A DNA stretch of 64,000 nt from an uncultured Syntrophomonadaceae bacterium (GTDB taxonomy: Bacteria > Bacillota > Dethiobacteria > DTU022), in assembly GCA_964506505.1 (NCBI GenBank), contig CAZDKY010000005.1, positions 33,880-97,879 of the forward strand, written 5' to 3'. The position numbers were made by a program, and so were the translations under genes. Positions 1-10,312 of the stretch are shown here, piece after piece; the first letter of the stretch is position 1; every line of letters begins with the position of its first letter. The notes under the pieces are model-generated. The model was not told the DNA's origin, made no database searches, and saw only the letters and a list, made by a program, of their open reading frames with translations.

Positions 1-705
1 AAAGCTCTTTTGCTGGACCTGGATGGAACCCTGCTCACCCTGGATATTGAACAATTTATCCCGGCCTATATTGACGCACTCTCCCGGCGTTTTAAAGAGC
101 TGGTAAACAAAGAGCTGTTTGTCAGGCATCTGTTCGGGGCCACAAACAAAATGGTTGCCAATGATGATCCTGATCAAAACAATGAAATTGTTTTTTACCA
201 AGAATTCTGCGGACGCACCGGCCTAACTTATGATCAGATCAAACCGATCATCGATGATTTCTACAAAGACGATTTTCCAAAACTCAGCTGCTGGGGGCAA
301 GAACACCCCCATGCCCGGGAGCTAATAAAAACCGCCCGACAGAAAGATATGCAGCTGGTTCTGGCAACAAATCCCATTTTCCCGGCTATAGCGGTTTATC
401 AGAGGCTCGCCTGGGGCGGACTTGATAAAAATGATTTCCATTTAATTACGGCTATGGATAACATGCATTTCTGTAAACCGAATCCCCGCTACTATCTGGA
501 AATATCATCCAAGATCGACTGCCCGCCTGAAGAATGTTTAATGGCCGGTAATGACACCCGGGAAGATCTCATCGCTGCAAAAGCAGGAATGGATACCTAT
601 CTGGTTGAAGATCATATCCTGAACCGGACCGATGGAGAAACAAACAGTAACCACCGGGGCAAATTGGAAGATTTGATCGGCTTAATTAAAACTCTTGATC
701 ACTGA
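1..705 (+). CDS. HAD-superfamily hydrolase (5' end runs off the window)
   Basis: The frame is open from base 1. KALLLDLDGTLL matches HAD motif I (DxDGT). Later LATNP and GNDTREDL motifs are present. Stop TGA at 703-705. Confidence 0.8.
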   Translation, partial: KALLLDLDGTLLTLDIEQFIPAYIDALSRRFKELVNKELFVRHLFGATNKMVANDDPDQNNEIVFYQEFCGRTGLTYDQIKPIIDDFYKDDFPKLSCWGQEHPHARELIKTARQKDMQLVLATNPIFPAIAVYQRLAWGGLDKNDFHLITAMDNMHFCKPNPRYYLEISSKIDCPPEECLMAGNDTREDLIAAKAGMDTYLVEDHILNRTDGETNSNHRGKLEDLIGLIKTLDH

Positions 706-772
706 TCAACTTTTACGGTGAAAATACTTTAATAGAACCGGCAGTAAAAGTTTAACATGGAGGTGTTTCCTT

Positions 773-997
773 ATGAACAGACGGGGGACAGGAACGATAT
801 TCTGTTTTATCGCCGCTTTTCTCTACGCAGCTCGGAATATCAGCGCTGCCATATTCGGAGCCGGGGTTAGTTCATGGAACAGGGAACTCTTTCAGGCTAT
901 GCTGGAATACAGCGGCAGTATGCTGCTCATCTTAAGCATAATTTCCCTGGTGATAGGAATAGTTTACCTCGTGGCCGGCGAAATGGAAAAACAGTAG
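773..997 (+). CDS. small hydrophobic membrane protein, hypothetical
   Basis: 74-aa ORF with two hydrophobic segments. A GGAGG-like site (atggaggtg) lies a few nt upstream of the ATG. No recognisable motif. Confidence 0.4.
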   Translation: MNRRGTGTIFCFIAAFLYAARNISAAIFGAGVSSWNRELFQAMLEYSGSMLLILSIISLVIGIVYLVAGEMEKQ

Positions 998-1012
998 CGA
1001 AGCGGCTATAAA

Positions 1013-2353
1013 TTACCTGGTGCTAAAGGCCCTGATTATCGAGCCTTCTTCTTTTTCGAGCCGAGCCCTGATCACATTACCCCGCCAGTGTAGACCTTTG
1101 ATTTTGGTGTCAATTTTAACCCGCAGGTAATGGGGGGTTAACCCTTCGGCCCATTGATAAGGTTCCACTTTCTCCACCAGAACAGGCTGGTTAGTGCCGA
1201 GAAATTTCCGCCGGTAATTGGAGGCCATTTCCTCTCCGAGAGCAATCATCTCTTTACTTCTTTTCTCCTTAATCTCACCGGGTAATTGGCCGGGCATTGC
1301 CGCCGCCTTAGTCCCGGGCCGGGCGGAAAATCTAAAAACGTGAAGGCGGCTAAAACCGATCTCGGCAATCAGTTCCATGCTGCGCCGGTGATTTTCTTTC
1401 CGCTCTCCTGGAAACCCGACAATTACATCGCTGCTGAGGGAAAGATCGGGTATTTCCTGCTTGAGCCACCGGGCTAAATAGAGGTATTCCACTGCTTCGT
1501 AAGGCCTGTTCATCATCTTTAAAATCTCGCTGTCCCCACTCTGCAGCGGTAAATGCAGATGGGGACATATAATTTGCGAGTCAATTATTTCCTCCACCAG
1601 TTCAGGCGTTATATCCCATGGTTCAAGCGAGCTGAGACGCAATCTTAACAGTCCCGGCAATGCTTTCAGTTCCCTGAGCAGTGAGGTCAGATTTGTTTCG
1701 CCAAGATCTACACCGTACAAACCAAGATGTATTCCGGTCAGGACGATCTCCCGGCAGCCCGATTCGATCAGGGCCTGCGCTCGCACCAGCACTTCGGCGG
1801 GAGGCAAACTGCGCAGAGGGCCCCTGACGTAAGGAATAATGCAGTAGCTGCAGTACTGATTACAGCCGTCCTGAATTTTGAGGAATCCCCTGGTTCGCCC
1901 TCTATGTTTCACCTGAGGCAGCATTTCAAATCTCGTTTCTCCACTGTATGGAGTTACTATTTCCAGAATTGAGTTATCGCCAAGCGAATCGATGATCGCG
2001 GGCAAATTTTCGCGATCACGGTTGCCAATGATTAAATCGACCTGCTCCATATCTCTGAGCTGATCCGGTTTCCCCTGGGCATAACAACCGGTAGCTACTA
2101 TCATTGCCTCCGGCGAAAGACGTTTTGCCCGGCGGATTGCTTTACGAGATTTATGTTCACTGTTTCTGGTTACGGTACAGGTATTTATAACATAGACATC
2201 AGCCTGATCATCGAAGTCCACAATCCGGTAGCCGGCCCGTTCAAAGAGCTCCTGCAGTCCTTCTGTTTCACAATAATTGACTTTGCAACCAAGGGTAAAA
2301 AAAGCAGCCGTTTTTTTCAACTGGAAAATCCTTTCCCTGACAGATCGCCCCAT
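1013..2353 (-). CDS. mtaB: MiaB-family radical-SAM tRNA methylthiotransferase (MtaB-like)
   Basis: N-terminal TLGCKVN motif and radical-SAM CNQYCSYC motif. It follows rsmE as in the Bacillus yqeU-yqeV arrangement. The real start is probably TTG at 2320, overlapping the rsmE stop as TTGA. Confidence 0.85.
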   Translation of the reverse strand: MGRSVRERIFQLKKTAAFFTLGCKVNYCETEGLQELFERAGYRIVDFDDQADVYVINTCTVTRNSEHKSRKAIRRAKRLSPEAMIVATGCYAQGKPDQLRDMEQVDLIIGNRDRENLPAIIDSLGDNSILEIVTPYSGETRFEMLPQVKHRGRTRGFLKIQDGCNQYCSYCIIPYVRGPLRSLPPAEVLVRAQALIESGCREIVLTGIHLGLYGVDLGETNLTSLLRELKALPGLLRLRLSSLEPWDITPELVEEIIDSQIICPHLHLPLQSGDSEILKMMNRPYEAVEYLYLARWLKQEIPDLSLSSDVIVGFPGERKENHRRSMELIAEIGFSRLHVFRFSARPGTKAAAMPGQLPGEIKEKRSKEMIALGEEMASNYRRKFLGTNQPVLVEKVEPYQWAEGLTPHYLRVKIDTKIKGLHWRGNVIRARLEKEEGSIIRAFSTR

Positions 2354-3075
2354 GCCGTCTGAATCATAACCATAGCGGTAATTGCCGCCGTTTCTGTCCT
2401 TAAAATACGCGACCCCAGGTGGACTGTTTCGGCACCCGCCTCAACTAAAGCTTCAATCTCGGCATCGCTGAAACCGCCTTCCGGCCCGATATAAAGCAAC
2501 ACTTTCTCTCCTTCCGACAGAGGCTTCTGCAGGGCGTCGGCCAGAGCCAGATTTTTTTCGTTTTCCCAGGGAATAATGGTCTTGAATTGTTCTACCTGCT
2601 TAACAATGGAGGCAAAATCACGAGGCATTTCAACGGAAGGTAAATCAGGTCTTCGACACTGGGCTGCCGCTGAGCGGGCAATATTCCTCCAGCGCCTTAC
2701 CCGCTTTTCTTCCTGCCGGTTTTTGCGGTTAGGGATACTGCGTTCCATAATTACCGGAACAATACTTTGAACGCCGAGCTCAACTGCCTGCCTGACAATC
2801 AGGTCAAATTTACCACTTTTTGGCAGTGATTGGAGGAGACTTAGCTTAAGAAACGGTTTTGCAATAGTCAAGGGGCATCGAAGGACTATCTCAACTTTAT
2901 CAGGCCGGGCGACAGTGACCTCGCCGCTGAACGCTTCGCCCCTGCCATCAGCGACGGTCACCTTTCTTCCACATTTCAGGCGCAGAACTCGATAAGCATG
3001 ATTGATGTCATCATTGCTGAGAACAATTTTTCCCCCTGCGAAGAGTTTTTCATCTTCTTTAAAGAAAAATGGCAT
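2317..3075 (-). CDS. rsmE: 16S rRNA (uracil1498-N3)-methyltransferase RsmE
   Basis: MPFFF start typical of RsmE, and a C-terminal GPEGGFS SPOUT motif. The ORF track extends to 3114, but the M at 3075 clears the dnaJ stop. Confidence 0.85.
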   Translation of the reverse strand: MPFFFKEDEKLFAGGKIVLSNDDINHAYRVLRLKCGRKVTVADGRGEAFSGEVTVARPDKVEIVLRCPLTIAKPFLKLSLLQSLPKSGKFDLIVRQAVELGVQSIVPVIMERSIPNRKNRQEEKRVRRWRNIARSAAAQCRRPDLPSVEMPRDFASIVKQVEQFKTIIPWENEKNLALADALQKPLSEGEKVLLYIGPEGGFSDAEIEALVEAGAETVHLGSRILRTETAAITAMVMIQTAWGDLSGKGFSS

Positions 3076-3091
3076 ATCTTTCTCCGGTCCT

Positions 3092-4240
3092 TTACTGTCC
3101 TCCGCTGAAAGCATCCTTCATGCGATCGATAAAACCTTTGTTGTCCAAACCGGCTTTTTCTCCGCTCAGGCGGGCCAGTTCAGCCAGAAGTTCTTTCTGC
3201 TTAGGGCTGAGGCGCCTGGGGACTTTTACTTTAACTGTTACCTGCAGGTCTCCTCTTCCGGACCCCTGCAGGTAAGGCATCCCCTGCCCTTTCAACCGGA
3301 AAGTAGCCCCATGCTGAGTTCCTTCCGGTATTTTCAACTCAGCCGGCTCTTTCATGGTGGGTACTTCCATTATTATACCGAGCGCCGCCTGGCTGATGCT
3401 GATGGGTACCTCCAGAAATAGATCGCTTCCCCTGCGTTTGAAAAGTTTATGCGGTTTAACCCTTATGACGACATAAAGATCACCAGGAGGGCCTTCGCGC
3501 AGCCCCGCTTCTCCCCCGCCTCTAACCCTCAGCTTGGAACCGTTTTCAACACCGGCAGGAATTTTTACTTCAATATTTCTTTCCTTCACTATCCTGCCCT
3601 GCCCGTTGCAGGTCGTGCAGGGATCATTGATAATTACGCCTTCGCCGCCGCACCTGCTGCAGGTCTGGGTGGTAACGAAACGGCCGAAAGGGGTACTGCG
3701 CGTATACTGCTGCTGGCCGGTACCACCACAGGAAGGACACGTTTCCGGCTTTGTTCCCGGCCTGGCCCCGCTGCCCTCACAATCAGGACAGGTTTCCGTA
3801 CGCGGGATATTAAGAATCTGCGTTTTACCGCTGAAAGCTTCTTCCAGAGTTATCTCCAGGTCATAGCGCAAATGGCTGCCCTGTTCGGGACCCGGCGGCC
3901 GGCGGCGACGGCCGCCCATGCCGCCGAAAAATTGCTCAAAGATATCATCCATTCCGCCAAAGCCAAAACCTCCAAACCCGCTTCCTCCGAAACCTTCGAA
4001 CCCACCGGCCCCGCTGAAATCAGCCTGGTGACCAAAACGGTCATATTGTTCCCTCTTTTGAGGGGTGCTCAGCACGTCATAAGCTTCTTTTATCTCCTTA
4101 AACTTATTTTCTGCTTCGCCATCATCCTTGTTAAAGTCAGGATGATACTTTTTAGCCAAGTTGCGATATGCTCTTTTTACTTCATCGGCGGAAGCATTTT
4201 TCTCCACACCGAGAACTTCATAATAATCTCTTTTACTCAT
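3092..4240 (-). CDS. dnaJ: molecular chaperone DnaJ
   Basis: J domain with KKYHPD, a G/F-rich linker, and four CxxCxG zinc-finger repeats ([32 protein letters not shown]). Confidence 0.97.
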   Translation of the reverse strand: MSKRDYYEVLGVEKNASADEVKRAYRNLAKKYHPDFNKDDGEAENKFKEIKEAYDVLSTPQKREQYDRFGHQADFSGAGGFEGFGGSGFGGFGFGGMDDIFEQFFGGMGGRRRRPPGPEQGSHLRYDLEITLEEAFSGKTQILNIPRTETCPDCEGSGARPGTKPETCPSCGGTGQQQYTRSTPFGRFVTTQTCSRCGGEGVIINDPCTTCNGQGRIVKERNIEVKIPAGVENGSKLRVRGGGEAGLREGPPGDLYVVIRVKPHKLFKRRGSDLFLEVPISISQAALGIIMEVPTMKEPAELKIPEGTQHGATFRLKGQGMPYLQGSGRGDLQVTVKVKVPRRLSPKQKELLAELARLSGEKAGLDNKGFIDRMKDAFSGGQ

Positions 4241-4293
4241 TCCCCGATATCATCCCTTTTGAAGCCATTTTCCGATAAGTTTCTTCGGTGTCA

Positions 4294-6201
4294 TTATTCT
4301 TTCTTTTCTTCTGCGTCTTTTCCATCTTTTTCATCTTTTTCATCTTTTTCATCTTTAACATCATAGTCGGCGTCGACTACATTATCGGCATCACTTTCAC
4401 CGTCAGTTTTGCCGCTGCCTGCTTCACTGCTACCGGCAGTGCCGTTGGATGCTGCATCCTGCTGAGCCTTGGTCTGTTCGTACAGCTTGGCCGAAAGCTC
4501 ATGCATGTAGCTGTTTACCTTTTCAGTAGCCTGCTTGATCTGTTCAAGATCTTCTCCTTTGGCTGCCTCACGCAGTCCTTCAGCCGCTTTTTTAACTTCT
4601 TCCGCCCTGGCCGTATCGACTTTATCTCCCAGATCTTTCAGCGCTTTTTCCGCACTGTAGGCCAGACTGTCGGCCTGGTTGCGCGCTTCAGCCAGTTCCT
4701 TGCGCTTGTTGTCCTCTTCGGCATGCTTTTCAGCCTCGTTGACCATTTCATCAATCTGATCTTTTTCCAGACCGCTCGAAGCTGTTATAGTAATGCTCTG
4801 TTCCTTATTGGTAGCCAGATCTTTAGCTGAAACATTGACAATACCGTTAGCATCGATATTAAAGCTTACTTCAATCTGGGGTATTCCCCTCGGTGCCGGC
4901 GGTATCCCGTCCAGCATAAACCGCCCCAGTGTTTTGTTGTCTGCAGCCATTGCTCGCTCTCCCTGCAGAACATGAATGTCAACACTGGTCTGGTTATCTG
5001 CAGCCGTGGAAAAGTTCTGTTTCTTTTCCGTTGGAATAGTGGTATTGCGTTCTATTATTTTTGTAAAAACTCCACCCAGTGTTTCAATACCAAGTGACAG
5101 AGGGGTAATATCGAGCAAAAGAACGTCTTTTGCTTCCCCACCGAGGACAGCGGCCTGATAGGCAGCCCCCATGGCCACCACTTCATCGGGGTTAACCCCC
5201 TTGTGCGGCTCCTTGTCAAGCAACTTGCGGATCGCTTCCTGCACAGCGGGGATTCTTGTTGAACCACCGACCAGAATAATTTTATCAATCTCTTCAGCAG
5301 TCAACCCGGCATCGGAAAGAGCCTGCCTGGTCGGCCCCATTGTTTTCTCCACCAGGTTTGAGGTCAATTCATCAAATTTGGCCCTGGTAAGGGTAACGTT
5401 GAGATGTTTTGGCCCTTCCTGCGTGGCAGTTATAAAAGGCAGGTTTATATCGGTAGAAGTAACCGAAGAAAGTTCTACCTTGGCTTTTTCCGCTGCCTCG
5501 CTGAGACGCTGCAGAGCCATCCTATCATTACGCAAATCGATGCCCTGATCTTTTTTAAACTCTTCAGCAACGTAATCGACAATCCGCCTGTCAAAATCGT
5601 CTCCGCCGAGCCGGTTGTTACCGCTGGTCGCTTTTACCTCGACCACATCATCACCCAGCTCCAGGACAGAGACATCGAAGGTGCCGCCACCGAGGTCAAA
5701 AACGAGAATTTTCTGTTCACCTTTTTTATCCAGGCCATAAGCCAGGGCTGCCGAAGTCGGTTCGTTGATTATTCGCAAAACTTCCAGACCGGCAATAGTC
5801 CCTGCGTCCTTGGTCGCCTGGCGCTGGCTGTCGGTAAAATAAGCAGGAACAGTGATCACGGCCTGTGTTATTTTTTCTCCCAGGAAGCTCTCGGCATCCG
5901 TTTTCAGCTTCTGCAGGATCATAGCCGATATTTCCTGCGGCGTATATTCCTTATCGTCGATTTTTTCCTTGTGGCCCGTCCCCATTTCCCGCTTGATCGA
6001 ACTTATAGTCCGATCGGGGTTGGTGATGGCCTGGCGTTTGGCTACCTGTCCCACCAGGCGCTGGCCGTCCTTGGTAAAGGCAACAATAGAGGGTGTAAGT
6101 CTGCTGCCTTCAGCATTGGCAATAATTTCTGGTTCGCTGCCAATCAGCGCGGCAATTACAGAGTTTGTAGTTCCTAAATCAATTCCCACAACTTTACCCA
6201 T
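4294..6201 (-). CDS. dnaK: molecular chaperone DnaK (Hsp70)
   Basis: [17 protein letters not shown] and VGGSTRIP signatures. The acidic C-terminal tail carries a DEK repeat. Confidence 0.98.
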   Translation of the reverse strand: MGKVVGIDLGTTNSVIAALIGSEPEIIANAEGSRLTPSIVAFTKDGQRLVGQVAKRQAITNPDRTISSIKREMGTGHKEKIDDKEYTPQEISAMILQKLKTDAESFLGEKITQAVITVPAYFTDSQRQATKDAGTIAGLEVLRIINEPTSAALAYGLDKKGEQKILVFDLGGGTFDVSVLELGDDVVEVKATSGNNRLGGDDFDRRIVDYVAEEFKKDQGIDLRNDRMALQRLSEAAEKAKVELSSVTSTDINLPFITATQEGPKHLNVTLTRAKFDELTSNLVEKTMGPTRQALSDAGLTAEEIDKIILVGGSTRIPAVQEAIRKLLDKEPHKGVNPDEVVAMGAAYQAAVLGGEAKDVLLLDITPLSLGIETLGGVFTKIIERNTTIPTEKKQNFSTAADNQTSVDIHVLQGERAMAADNKTLGRFMLDGIPPAPRGIPQIEVSFNIDANGIVNVSAKDLATNKEQSITITASSGLEKDQIDEMVNEAEKHAEEDNKRKELAEARNQADSLAYSAEKALKDLGDKVDTARAEEVKKAAEGLREAAKGEDLEQIKQATEKVNSYMHELSAKLYEQTKAQQDAASNGTAGSSEAGSGKTDGESDADNVVDADYDVKDEKDEKDEKDGKDAEEKKE

Positions 6202-6240
6202 TTTAATTTCCTCCTATGCTATTCAATATTTCAGCCACCG

Positions 6241-6933
6241 TTAATCGCGGCAAACCTTCACCATTGACGGACGAAGGATCCTCGTGCGGTGTTTATAACC
6301 CTTTTGCAATTCCTCCATGACGGTACCCGGTTCTTCTTCATCACTTTCTACCTGCATTACGGCATGGTGACAGTTGGGATCAAAAGTAGTCCCTACCGCT
6401 TCAATTTCACTGACACCTTCCTGTTCAAACAGCTGCAGCAGCTGCTTATGAATCATCTCCAGCCCCTCAACGTAGGAAGCAGGAACCGCTTTATCTTCCC
6501 GCGCTGAAATCAGCCCACGCTCCAGATTATCCAAAACCGGGAGCAGCCGACAAAGAAAATCATGCAGGGCGTAATCCCGCATCTCAGCCTGCTCTGCCTT
6601 GGCAATGCGGCGAAGGTTGTCGATATCGGCCTGCTTTCTTTTCAGCTGGTCAAGCAGCTCTTCGTTTTTCTGTCGCAGTTCGCCAATTTCCTGGTCCAAC
6701 CCGGGAGGGACTTCCTCTTCCCGGGCAGTCTTTTTTCCCATGTCCTCCGAAACAGCTTTTGCCTTTTCTGTTTCTTCCAACTCCCGGTTCTTTTCTTTTT
6801 TGTCCTCTCTGTCCTCTGCCTTCACTTTATTCCCTTTCCTTTTCTTTTTCTGATTCTTTTTCTGAAAATCTTCTTTCTCCTCTGCAATCTCCACTGCTTT
6901 TTTACTGATCCGTTTTTCTTTTTTGGCAGTCAT
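6241..6933 (-). CDS. grpE: nucleotide exchange factor GrpE
   Basis: K/E-rich N-terminus, a coiled coil, and the conserved C-terminal FDPNCHHAV and RPSMVKV motifs. It sits between hrcA and dnaK. Confidence 0.95.
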   Translation of the reverse strand: MTAKKEKRISKKAVEIAEEKEDFQKKNQKKKRKGNKVKAEDREDKKEKNRELEETEKAKAVSEDMGKKTAREEEVPPGLDQEIGELRQKNEELLDQLKRKQADIDNLRRIAKAEQAEMRDYALHDFLCRLLPVLDNLERGLISAREDKAVPASYVEGLEMIHKQLLQLFEQEGVSEIEAVGTTFDPNCHHAVMQVESDEEEPGTVMEELQKGYKHRTRILRPSMVKVCRD

Positions 6934-6973
6934 TATTACTCACCTGCAAAATTTCAATTTTTTACATCTGCAA

Positions 6974-8008
6974 TCAGGAACTAAGGCTTTCATTGAGGTG
7001 ATCAACAAGGCGACGCATTACGTTGATTACCAGCCCGTAATCCATCCTTGTCGGACCCAGGACACCAACTGTACCGATTGTTTTGTCATGTATTTTATAT
7101 GTACCGGTAACCAGGGTGCATTCCCTGATATCTTCACATTCATTTTCTGTCCCAATGCGGACGACAATATTATCTTCACTGGAACTATCCTCAAGTATCT
7201 TGAAAAGGAGCGGTTCCTGCTCAAATAGATTAAGCATACGTCTGATTTTGTCCACATCTTTAAATTCAGGCTGATTTAGAATATTGGTCGTTCCGCCAAG
7301 GAAAACCCGGATCTGTTTTTCTTCCTTCAAGCTTTCTTCCAGGAGAATAAAAGCCTGTTCAAGGATTTCAAGACGCCTGAAAAGATCGCGTTTCAGTTCG
7401 TTGATCAGGGAAGTTGTGACCTGATCAATGGTCAACCCGTAAAGCTTCTGATTTAGATAGGAGACAACCTGCTGCAACTCTGACGGGCTCAGCTGCTGCT
7501 GGAGATCGATAACTTTATTTTTGATAAACCCGGTATCAGTAATTAATACTACCAGGCTCTGCTTCTCTTCAAGAGGCAGGATTCGCATCTGCCGAAAAGC
7601 ACTCTTTTTAAACTGCGGACCCATGATCAGGGAAGTCTGATTGGTCGCCGAAGAGAGAACTCTGGCGGAATGTACAATGATCTGTTCGATTTCCCGCATT
7701 TTCTCCCTGCTCATAGTAATACTGATTTCCCGTTCGATATCGCCGCTCATTTCATCCGGGGCCATCAGGTTGTCCACATAATAACGATAACCAAGCTGTG
7801 ACGGTATTCTCCCGGCAGAAGTGTGAGGCTGAACAAGATATCCCATATCCTCAAGGTCGGCCATCTCATTACGAATTGTTGCCGAACTCAATCCCATCCG
7901 CTGTGAACGAACCACCGTCCGTGAACCAACCGGTTCAGCTGTTTTAATATAACTGACAACGACAGCTCGGAGAATCTGCCTTTTTCTCTCACTTAGTGTT
8001 GTTCCCAT
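6974..8008 (-). CDS. hrcA: heat-inducible transcription repressor HrcA
   Basis: LSERKRQILRAVV...EPVGSRT winged-helix N-terminus. First gene of the dnaK operon. A GGGAGGA RBS precedes the ATG at 8008; the ORF track starts at GTG 8023. Confidence 0.95.
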   Translation of the reverse strand: MGTTLSERKRQILRAVVVSYIKTAEPVGSRTVVRSQRMGLSSATIRNEMADLEDMGYLVQPHTSAGRIPSQLGYRYYVDNLMAPDEMSGDIEREISITMSREKMREIEQIIVHSARVLSSATNQTSLIMGPQFKKSAFRQMRILPLEEKQSLVVLITDTGFIKNKVIDLQQQLSPSELQQVVSYLNQKLYGLTIDQVTTSLINELKRDLFRRLEILEQAFILLEESLKEEKQIRVFLGGTTNILNQPEFKDVDKIRRMLNLFEQEPLLFKILEDSSSEDNIVVRIGTENECEDIRECTLVTGTYKIHDKTIGTVGVLGPTRMDYGLVINVMRRLVDHLNESLSS

Positions 8009-8032
8009 TATAAATCCTCCCACTCGCTCTCT

Positions 8033-8059
8033 TTAGCACTCTGAAGTTCAGAGTGCTAA
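8033..8059 (-). promoter_or_regulatory. CIRCE operator (HrcA binding site)
   Basis: TTAGCACTC-N9-GAGTGCTAA read directly. It is a perfect match to the CIRCE consensus and lies 24 nt upstream of the hrcA ATG. Confidence 0.95.
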
Positions 8060-8069
8060 AGCTATTAAA

Positions 8070-8099
8070 AAAATATCATCTTTCAGGGGGAGTTGTCAA
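8070..8099 (-). promoter_or_regulatory. putative sigma-A promoter of the hrcA operon
   Basis: On the minus strand: TTGACA (8099-8094), 18-nt spacer, TATTTT (8075-8070), directly upstream of CIRCE. Confidence 0.45.
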
Positions 8100-8139
8100 G
8101 TTCACAGCAAAATGTTTTTTTGACTGCCGCTGTTCGCTA

Positions 8140-8514
8140 TTATTTGGTAGAATGCCTGGCCTGGTAATCTTTTATCGCCTCGTGCAGGGCATCTGCAGCC
8201 AGATTAGAACAGTGCATTTTGACCGGAGGAAGGCCGCCTAATTCTTCCGCTACATTTTCATTGGTTATTTTCATAGCCTCGTCAAGAGTCTTCCCTCTGA
8301 CCATTTCGGTTAGCATACTGCTGCTGGCTATGGCCGCTCCACAGCCATAAGTCTGAAAACGGACGTCTTCGATCCGACCATTTTTCACTTTAATATAAAG
8401 CTTCATCATATCACCGCATTTAAAACTGGTTGTCTCGCCCACTCCATCAGCGTCAGCTATTTCTCCCACATTACGGGGATTGCTGAAATGATCGATAACT
8501 ATTTCATTGTACAT
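8140..8514 (-). CDS. nifU: Fe-S cluster assembly scaffold (NifU/IscU type)
   Basis: 124 aa. YNEIVIDHFSNPRN start, CGD, YGCGAAIASSS and HCS motifs supply the three scaffold cysteines. Confidence 0.93.
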   Translation of the reverse strand: MYNEIVIDHFSNPRNVGEIADADGVGETTSFKCGDMMKLYIKVKNGRIEDVRFQTYGCGAAIASSSMLTEMVRGKTLDEAMKITNENVAEELGGLPPVKMHCSNLAADALHEAIKDYQARHSTK

Positions 8515-8536
8515 GGCTGTGATATCCTCCCATCCT

Positions 8537-9700
8537 TTATTGTTTATGGTAAGTGGGAGAAATTCCGCGCAATCTTTTCACGATACCCGGTATTTTCCCC
8601 AGAACAAAATCAACATCCTCTTCGCTGCTGCCCCGGCCAAGTGAAAAGCGAATCGAACCGTGGGCTATAGAATGATCCAACCCGATGGCAGTAAGAACGT
8701 GGGAAGGCTCCTCTGATCCCGATGAACATGCCGAACCGCTTGAAACGGCCACTCCTTCCAGATCAAGGCTGAGAAGAATCGATTCGCCTTCAATATGTTT
8801 GAAACTGACATTGACGTTGCCGGGAAGCCGGAGCCCGGGATGGCCATTCAGAATTACCTCTTCAATTTCCAGAAACCCAGAAATGAGGCGATCGCGCAGG
8901 GCTGTCAATTTTTCTTTTTTCTGCGGTATTTCAGAAACAGCGAGTTCTATAGCCCGGCTCAGTCCGATGATTCCGGGTACATTTTCTGTCCCCGGTCTGA
9001 TCTTTTTTTCCTGGCTTCCACCGCAGTAGAGAGGGGTAACCTCTGTCCTCTTCCGCATAAAAAGCGCCCCCACCCCTTTCGGACCGTTAAACTTGTGGGC
9101 CGAAAGAGAGAGAAAATCGATGGGCAGCTCATTTAAATCAACCGGCAGCTGACCGACAACCTGCACTGCGTCACTGTGAAAAAGGATATCGTGCTTTTTT
9201 GCTATCCGGCCCAGTTCGCGGACAGGCTGCAAGGTACCAATTTCATTATTGGCAAACATAATCGAAATGATAAAAGTATCGGGAGTAATCGCTTTTTCCA
9301 GATCTGCCGGATCGACCATTCCGAATTGATCAACTGGGAGATAGGTTACTCTGTATCCCTCCCGTTCGAGATCCCTGCAGACTTCATAAACTGCATGATG
9401 TTCTATGGAGGAGGTGATAATATGCCCCGGCTTACCATGCTGCTTGGCCGCACCACGCAGGGCAATGTTGTTCGCTTCAGTTCCGCTGGCTGTAAAATAT
9501 ATTTCTTCGGGATCGGCTCCAAGCGATCGGGCAGTTTTCCCCCGGGCTTCCTCTACAGCGCGACGCACTTCCCGTCCCGGGGAGTGCAGGCTGGAAGGAT
9601 TACCGTACAGTTCTTTTAAAAAGGGCAGCATTGCCTCCAGGACTTCTTCTCTTACCGGGGTAGTAGCACCGTGATCCATATAGATCAGCCGATTTTTCAT
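8537..9700 (-). CDS. nifS: cysteine desulfurase (NifS/IscS type)
   Basis: IYMDHGATTP start, SAHKFNGPKG PLP-lysine motif, and SSGSACSS active-site loop. The RBS-supported ATG is at 9700; the ORF track starts at 9715. Confidence 0.93.
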   Translation of the reverse strand: MKNRLIYMDHGATTPVREEVLEAMLPFLKELYGNPSSLHSPGREVRRAVEEARGKTARSLGADPEEIYFTASGTEANNIALRGAAKQHGKPGHIITSSIEHHAVYEVCRDLEREGYRVTYLPVDQFGMVDPADLEKAITPDTFIISIMFANNEIGTLQPVRELGRIAKKHDILFHSDAVQVVGQLPVDLNELPIDFLSLSAHKFNGPKGVGALFMRKRTEVTPLYCGGSQEKKIRPGTENVPGIIGLSRAIELAVSEIPQKKEKLTALRDRLISGFLEIEEVILNGHPGLRLPGNVNVSFKHIEGESILLSLDLEGVAVSSGSACSSGSEEPSHVLTAIGLDHSIAHGSIRFSLGRGSSEEDVDFVLGKIPGIVKRLRGISPTYHKQ

Positions 9701-9718
9701 TGCCATTCCTCCCATATT

Positions 9719-10144
9719 TCAGTTCTTAATCTGTTCCGATTCTACCAGTTCGTTTAAGGAAACATCATCAAGGACAGCGTTTATTTCATCGCGCAATCTT
9801 TCCCAAACCCGCCTGGTCAGGCACTCCTGACCATGATGACAACATATGTCACTTTCGTTCTCGGAAAGACAGGCTACCGGTGTAATTGGTCCATCCAGGG
9901 CCCTGACAATATCACCAATCCGTATTCTCTCGGGAGATCGTGACAGCATGTATCCCCCGCGTGATCCGCGGACGCTGAAAATCAAACCGGCTCTTTTTAA
10001 ATCAGGGAATATCTGTTCTAAAAATCTAAGGGAAATCATTTCTTTTTCTGCAATTTCCCTCAAGGGCAAAGCTCGTTTTCGAGAGGTAACCGCCAGGACA
10101 GCCATTGACCTTATTCCATATTCCACTTTCGCCGATAATCGCAT
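9719..10144 (-). CDS. Rrf2-family transcriptional regulator (IscR/CymR-like)
   Basis: MRLSAKVEYGIRSM Rrf2 N-terminus plus a C-terminal cysteine cluster (C...CC...C). First gene of the nifS-nifU module. Confidence 0.88.
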   Translation of the reverse strand: MRLSAKVEYGIRSMAVLAVTSRKRALPLREIAEKEMISLRFLEQIFPDLKRAGLIFSVRGSRGGYMLSRSPERIRIGDIVRALDGPITPVACLSENESDICCHHGQECLTRRVWERLRDEINAVLDDVSLNELVESEQIKN

Positions 10145-10231
10145 CGCCTGCACACACTTTCTTTAATAATCCCGACTAAAAAAGTCGGATATTTTTCAAA
10201 GCCAAGAATACCATCACTTCTTAATCCTGTC

Positions 10232-10268
10232 AATAAAAAATAAAAGCCGGCTTATAGATGCCGGCTAT
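10232..10268 (-). terminator. intrinsic terminator downstream of csp
   Basis: Minus-strand hairpin AGCCGGC-loop-GCCGGCT followed by TTTATTTTTTA. Confidence 0.7.
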
Positions 10269-10312
10269 AAAATCGAGCATTTAATATATCTGGCTAAAGA
10301 GCTGACAAGTGG

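Noticed and set aside
3449-4366. 305-aa plus-strand ORF opposite dnaJ. Similar long antisense ORFs occur at 5404-6177 (opposite dnaK), 16756-17568 (opposite the beta-helix gene), 46904-47731 (opposite the asnB-like gene) and 61262-62026 (opposite fba).
   Set aside because: They lie entirely inside strongly supported genes on the other strand. They have low-complexity or Pro/Ser/Arg-rich translations with no motifs, and no RBS. These are typical shadow ORFs.
4288-4400. Short-period repeats that could be mistaken for a mini CRISPR or VNTR locus.
   Set aside because: The unit is only 9 nt with no spacers, and it lies in frame within dnaK, encoding its acidic tail. No cas genes or repeat-spacer architecture occur anywhere in the window.
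10169-10190. Small hairpin CCGACT-AAAAA-AGTCGG upstream of the Rrf2 gene, considered as an Rrf2 operator or a terminator.
   Set aside because: The arms are only 6 bp, there is no convincing U-tract on the relevant strand, and I can identify no second half-site. The evidence is too weak to call.
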